Origin: Eledone cirrhosa
Lineage: Eukaryota
Reading direction: 5' to 3'
Length of the DNA stretch: 64,000 bases
NCBI GenBank assembly: GCA_964016885.1
Contig: OZ024743.1
Location: 309,442,001 to 309,506,000, forward strand
Shown here: positions 62,401 through 64,000 of the stretch, piece by piece
Layout: every line of letters starts with the position of its first letter
Numbering within the stretch: the stretch's first letter is position 1
Made by a program: the position numbers and the translations under genes
Notes under the pieces: model-generated
Seen by the model: only the letters and a program-made list of their open reading frames with translations
Told to the model about the DNA's origin: nothing
Databases searched by the model: none

Positions 62401-63279
62401 GTATCTGGGTATGTTGCTATTGTTGGTATTGTATCTGGGTATGTTGCTATTGTTGTTGTTATTGTTGTTTGTGTCTGTGTGTCTGTTGTTGTTGGGATGT
62501 GTGTTGTATATGTGTGTGCGTATATTGTTGCTTTTGTTTTTGTTTTTGATGCTCCAGCGTAGTTTCGTAAATGATTTTTCTATTTCTGACAGACAACTAA
62601 TCATATTTACCTTCTTAAATGTCGCAAATTTGGGTGGCAGACTTAACACAGACATTTCATTATTATCTATTTTCGTGTTTCCATAAATGTTGGTATTTTC
62701 ATTGTTGAACTCTTCAGATATTGAGGTGTCGGCCATGTTGATACCGTCAATTTTGTCGGGATATCTATTGGTATACTCTATAGTATCCCGATTTAGCTTT
62801 GCCTGTTTAAGCCACTTTAATTTTCTGTTAAAGTGCTTATTACATTCTTGAGTAATGTACTGTTCTTCGGGGCGTATAAGGCTTATAAATGTTAGTTTTT
62901 CTGCTGGTGTGGTGATTTTAGATATTTCATCTATTAGGTTACGCTTTAGTTTTTCTTGATGACTTAATTCTCTATAGATCTTCTTTTTTATGTTTAGAAT
63001 TAAAGTTCGTTTTAGCCTATCTGCTTGTTTTTTGGTGAGTTGTAATCTTCTAACGTCGGTATTGATGGTGTTGGTGTAGATTCTAGAAGTGGTGCACAGT
63101 TTTATGAAGTGTAGTTGTCGAGATGTTATGGTTTTTCGTAGACAACAGAACATGGTGGTTTTCAGTATCTTGTTAGCCTGGCTAAGGCTTACGATATTTC
63201 GTTTCTGAATTTGTTTAGCAAGATTCTTTATCTGAAATCGTGTGTTGAAACCGATATTGTTATACTTTGGGAGGGTCAT
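59473..63279 (-). CDS. PLE reverse transcriptase-GIY-YIG endonuclease, 1268 aa from the first ATG
   Basis: PTDKSG, LYGLRKDHK, RPV, SMDVVSLYPS, QEEGAAIG, RYVDD, C-x4-C-x2-C, NVVY..YIGET.R...R..EH; no stops. Confidence 0.96.
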   Translation of the reverse strand: MTLPKYNNIGFNTRFQIKNLAKQIQKRNIVSLSQANKILKTTMFCCLRKTITSRQLHFIKLCTTSRIYTNTINTDVRRLQLTKKQADRLKRTLILNIKKKIYRELSHQEKLKRNLIDEISKITTPAEKLTFISLIRPEEQYITQECNKHFNRKLKWLKQAKLNRDTIEYTNRYPDKIDGINMADTSISEEFNNENTNIYGNTKIDNNEMSVLSLPPKFATFKKVNMISCLSEIEKSFTKLRWSIKNKNKSNNIRTHIYNTHPNNNRHTDTNNNNNNNSNIPRYNTNNSNIPRYNRHADTNNNNNTHGDNNNNNTHINNNNNSNIPRYNNNRHANTNNNNNTHNNDNTHTHGDNNTHQQQHTSTTTTHTHSMPLTTTTILTNTQTQKTSNDSSTEIREIRESNRIKRSRETKDKENNQDEHTDTQNRVDNNIEPVERDRSNYERHRNNHEAEAAAVGGNRNNTTNNSASTHKAAAWNSPFYNPSDKSFDLRRVHATTLPFNKRTQLPSQVDEQTEAQFSIAKSELRNIIEQYSKKHNRIEAQQLGEESANGLRKLMQRSRNGEIACFPTDKSGRMSVDSLPNYIQAMQPHITNTREVTPQEHEDREKTLNAHMVMWTNIMQPNKRTANNFQAWNNDVPALYGLRKDHKTGWDPVAGPPTRPVCGANIASNYRLSYFLSLIIRPIIEMSPDVCDSTEDLLSRIDAGNRSGDLTNCIIGSMDVVSLYPSIDVDFAVEKCVEMISESKVEFRGIDTSELGLLLKLTHSNSYLDTYDLSNLCPTRPARGRPPTITSMAKKTHTDRWNGWTRAIRTPENHDELKKMIAHAVGASIKLTLKEHMFKFNGKTYAQEEGAAIGVSIAGDIANLFMVWWDSRLKQKLKEQLEDRLTLIMYSRYVDDINIVVKTPPLKNSQEPEKNTMESIQQIANSIHQSIRVTIDYPSRHPNHRLPVLDTELWLDTINNQKQILHSHYAKPMTSKHLIHRNSAISDHTKINILIADLIRVMRNVSRMCNPEELERHIQHFIHRMQFSGYNQRDRIRVYKGARTKWEKMVNNDINGTCPLYRSKFWNRIERTKNKANRINSWYDSNKYQSVMFINTTPRGELAYKFRRALKKHNLNIKIVERPGTSVKTLISKTYPFQRPSCIDKKCITCKISPHINCKTRNVVYSIRCTEGQCRNKNIVYIGETARSIGERINEHWRDLQDSKESSVLYQHAKIEHRGKLESIEIKIESTHKKDAMFRQITEAVSIKELKPKLNRKYEWNSNITTYN

Positions 63280-63412
63280 GTTGCCAATAAGAAACACACG
63301 CACCAGTTGCTTTCACTTCAATTTAATTTAATATATATTTATAAATTTACAAATTTATAAATTTCTGGTTGGTTGGTTGGTTCCACAACCAGATAGTTGT
63401 TTATATATATAT

Positions 63413-63457
63413 AGTCATAGTTCTTTCGTCACACACTCTGTGACCTCTTCAGTGACT
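63413..63457 (-). ncRNA. Type I hammerhead (5' pLTR)
   Basis: Same sequence as 59132-59176. Confidence 0.82.
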
Positions 63458-64000
63458 GGGGATTTCTTTCTTCGTTTCTGTGCCTTTCCTTTCTTCTATC
63501 CTACGCCATTTTGTTTGTGTGTGGGTTGCGTGCTCAGTTTGCGCATGCGCCACATCCGGGTGTCTGTGTGTGTTTGTGTTCATTTTTCTATAAAAATTAT
63601 ATATTAATTTCTATAGTATATGTTAATTAGGTATATAATAATTAAAACAGATATTGTATTTTATCAATAGTAGAATATAATTATAGGTAAACAGAAATTA
63701 AAATTAATACATACACATATACATATACATATATATATATACACACATATATATATATATATACACATACATATATATACATACATATACATATTTTTTC
63801 AAAAATTGCAAAGAATATATTAACTAGGTATACATCCAAAACCTATCCCATTCTATGATTACATGACACTCTGCAATCCATCTGTATTAGGATACTATTT
63901 TTAAGCCAATTAAATTAAATTTTTAGGTTGACCAAATTTAAAACCAAATTATAAATATATTTCTAAAATGTACATTAATTAGGTCTATAATACTAAAAAT

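Larger units (their letters stand above)
58915..63591 (-). mobile_element. Full-length PLE, Neptune-like, with 396-bp pseudo-LTRs
   Basis: 58915-59310 matches 63196-63591; single intact ORF; candidate TSD ATAAAAATT. Confidence 0.96.

Overview
AT-rich animal genomic DNA with no recognisable host gene; a tRNA-derived SINE and a CR1-type LINE tail resemble cephalopod (Octopus) repeats as I recall them, unverified. The window is a (TA)n/(CA)n microsatellite scaffold packed with retroelements. It holds at least 10 coding or decayed Penelope-like elements (PLEs; RT plus C-terminal GIY-YIG), one apparently intact and young (58915-63591, minus strand), many non-coding PLE-type tails and non-autonomous elements, two CR1-group LINE fragments, three short RTE derivatives and SINEs. 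The long Tyr/Ile ORFs are microsatellite artefacts. The main signal is at RNA level: about 25 hammerhead ribozyme (HHR) motifs read by eye, including core variants, and an HDV-like ribozyme at the 5' end of an RTE derivative. The most unusual item is a HHR whose three strands are in non-circularly permuted order, with a kink-turn extending stem III, seen in three copies on protein-free elements (2565-2630, 1944-2009, 35882-35947). Also notable are a ~2.6-kb non-coding retrozyme-like element and a tail pattern shared across families: HHR, then AATAAA, then TYGAGYRC, then (TA)n. All folds were paired by hand; no searches or folding programs were run.
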